Position numbers and translations under genes: made by a program
From: Eledone cirrhosa
Lineage: Eukaryota
Direction: 5' to 3'
Length of the DNA stretch: 64,000 nt
Assembly: GCA_964016885.1 (NCBI GenBank)
Contig: OZ024744.1
Span: 65,720,001 to 65,784,000, forward strand
Notes under the pieces: generated by a model
Told to the model about the DNA's origin: nothing
The model's database searches: none
What the model saw: only the letters and a program-made list of their open reading frames with translations
Shown: in pieces, positions 62,234 to 64,000 of the stretch
Layout of the letters: each line of letters opens with the position of its first letter
Position numbering within the stretch: position 1 is the stretch's first letter

Positions 62234-63059
62234 CGTTAACTGCTTCAACACAGGTTTTTGACTATGAAAAATAGTCTTAACAAGTTGGATAGATGGGAAA
62301 AAAAAACGCAGTGTTGCCTATGGGATTCAATCTGTCGTACAATGGACGGCTGAACTAGCGATTACATCAAAGAGAGCTGGCAAATCTTTCAAAGATTTTA
62401 AGCCTTATCTTGAGTTGTACAGACTGTATAAATGTGTATATAAATTTGTACATTTTTAGTACAAATACATGTAAACATGCTAAATATATGTATTTCCCTG
62501 TAAATTGAACAAGAAGAAACAAAGGGTATTTACCTTCTTAATCGATTTTTGGACTTACTTGGGTTAATCATCATCAGAAGTTATGTATTTCATATAAAAT
62601 ATTTTTTCTTGGAAATATATAACTGAAGAGCAAATACACCCTATAATTTATTGTAGCAGCCTGAAATGTAAGTACTAATTTGTGTATTAGTAGAGCTTCT
62701 GCTGGTAGTTAGTTATACTATGTCAGAAAATCGATTAAAAGTGGTTACGCAGTGATGAGTAGAAGGAGAGGGGATGTTGTGGTGGTAAAAATACCTAAGC
62801 AGAGATAGTGGTGGGAGCATGGATGGTGTGGTCAACAGGGGCACTCACCACAGTTTCGGAGGGGGGGGGGATATACAGAATAGCTAAGGAGTGAGAGTGG
62901 AAGTGGCATGGATGGGGTGCACAGGGAAGGAGAGGGCAACTATTACGATATGATAGTGAGGGCATCTAAGGGTTGAGACTAGAGGAGACATGGATGGAGT
63001 AGATGTGTGCTGTGATGGTGAGGATACTTACTAGGAAGTGGGGGGGGGTGCTGGGAGGG

Positions 63060-63825
63060 GACAGATCACATTCTGTGCTGGTGACTGGGTCTTCACCAGT
63101 CCAACATAGCACCTACCCTCACAGTCCTTTGTCTTTTCTGTTGTGAGGCTTAGTTTTATACGGTCAGCCTTCACTATCTCATCCTACGTCTTCTTGGGTC
63201 TGCGTCTTCCATTGGTTCTAACTACAGAGATTTCTGTACAGCTGTTATCTATCATACACATCACATGTCCATACCAATGCAATTTTCTATTTTGCACACT
63301 ATATCCAATTTCTCTTATGCCAAGTTTTTCTCTATGTTTGCTTATGCTACATCATTAATGCATGCCAACATTACACATCCATCAGAGCATACATGCTTCA
63401 CTTTTTTCCAGCCATCACATGTCTTCTGTAGCAGTGCAGTCATATGTAGGCATCATACAGCCTATCCTTCACTGAGAGAGAAGCCTTTTGTTGCCAGAAG
63501 AGGTACCATCTCCCTAAACTTCTTCCAGCCTGGCTATCACACTTTCAGAGCATTCTTTCCCACTGCTGATTAGGTTGCATAGGTAACAAAAGCTGTCAAC
63601 AACCACTAAGGAGCCTCCCTGGTGACACTATTTATTTTACATGTGCTCTTAGTGCTCACTTCCCTGGTGCATCTGCCACATACAAAGTCTATCTTTTCTA
63701 TTAGCCTGCTTGCAATCCCACTACATCTCTTGTGCGTCCATATATTACATTGTGTGCACCTTATAGAATTTCTACCTACCCCTAAGTAATTTATTGAACA
63801 AGGCCACTTCTCAGATTCCACTTGA
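63060..63825 (-). mobile_element. PHD-RTE fragment
   Basis: KWPCS...GVGRNSIRCTQCNIWTHKRCSGI...FVCGRC and a downstream C-terminal remnant. Confidence 0.85.
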
Positions 63826-64000
63826 GGAGGAAAATAGAGGTAGAGAGTGAAGTGCAGCCTTCAAAGCAATTTGTTAAAAGGTGGGTGAGAGAAGCGATCA
63901 TGGCCCAAGTGAATGGGCCCACCCTGAGTGTAAGCTTTTAGATCGGGGGTTTTCCACAAATGTCCCTCAAATGTCTCCTCCCTATTTAGGAAACTTCTTT

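Overview
AT-rich animal genomic DNA that is almost entirely transposable elements and tandem repeats. The repeat set (RTE LINEs with (GAT)n tails, tRNA-derived SINEs, long TA microsatellites) suggests an octopus or other cephalopod, which is an inference. Two phase-compatible + strand exons (6047-6189 and 40476-40585) suggest a membrane-protein host gene with an intron of about 34 kb. The window holds two compact related LTR retrotransposons (12614-16595, 17123-20218), a young non-coding LTR element (23769-25871), an older RT-deleted Gypsy element (30838-35039), a near full-length RTE LINE with a PHD finger inside its RT (43885-47420), a piggyBac transposase fossil plus seven TTAA MITEs, Helitron and Tx1/L1 remnants, several minisatellites and a 200-N gap. 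The most interesting observations are: an intact-looking minimal type I hammerhead ribozyme in a (TA)n-flanked cassette (39535-39596, - strand); an extended, bipartite tRNA-Trp-complementary primer site in the non-coding LTR element; a predicted leader intron spanning a non-canonical PBS in both compact LTR elements; a -1 frameshift cassette; and near-perfect foldback hairpins clustered near both exons. Everything was read by eye, with no searches run.
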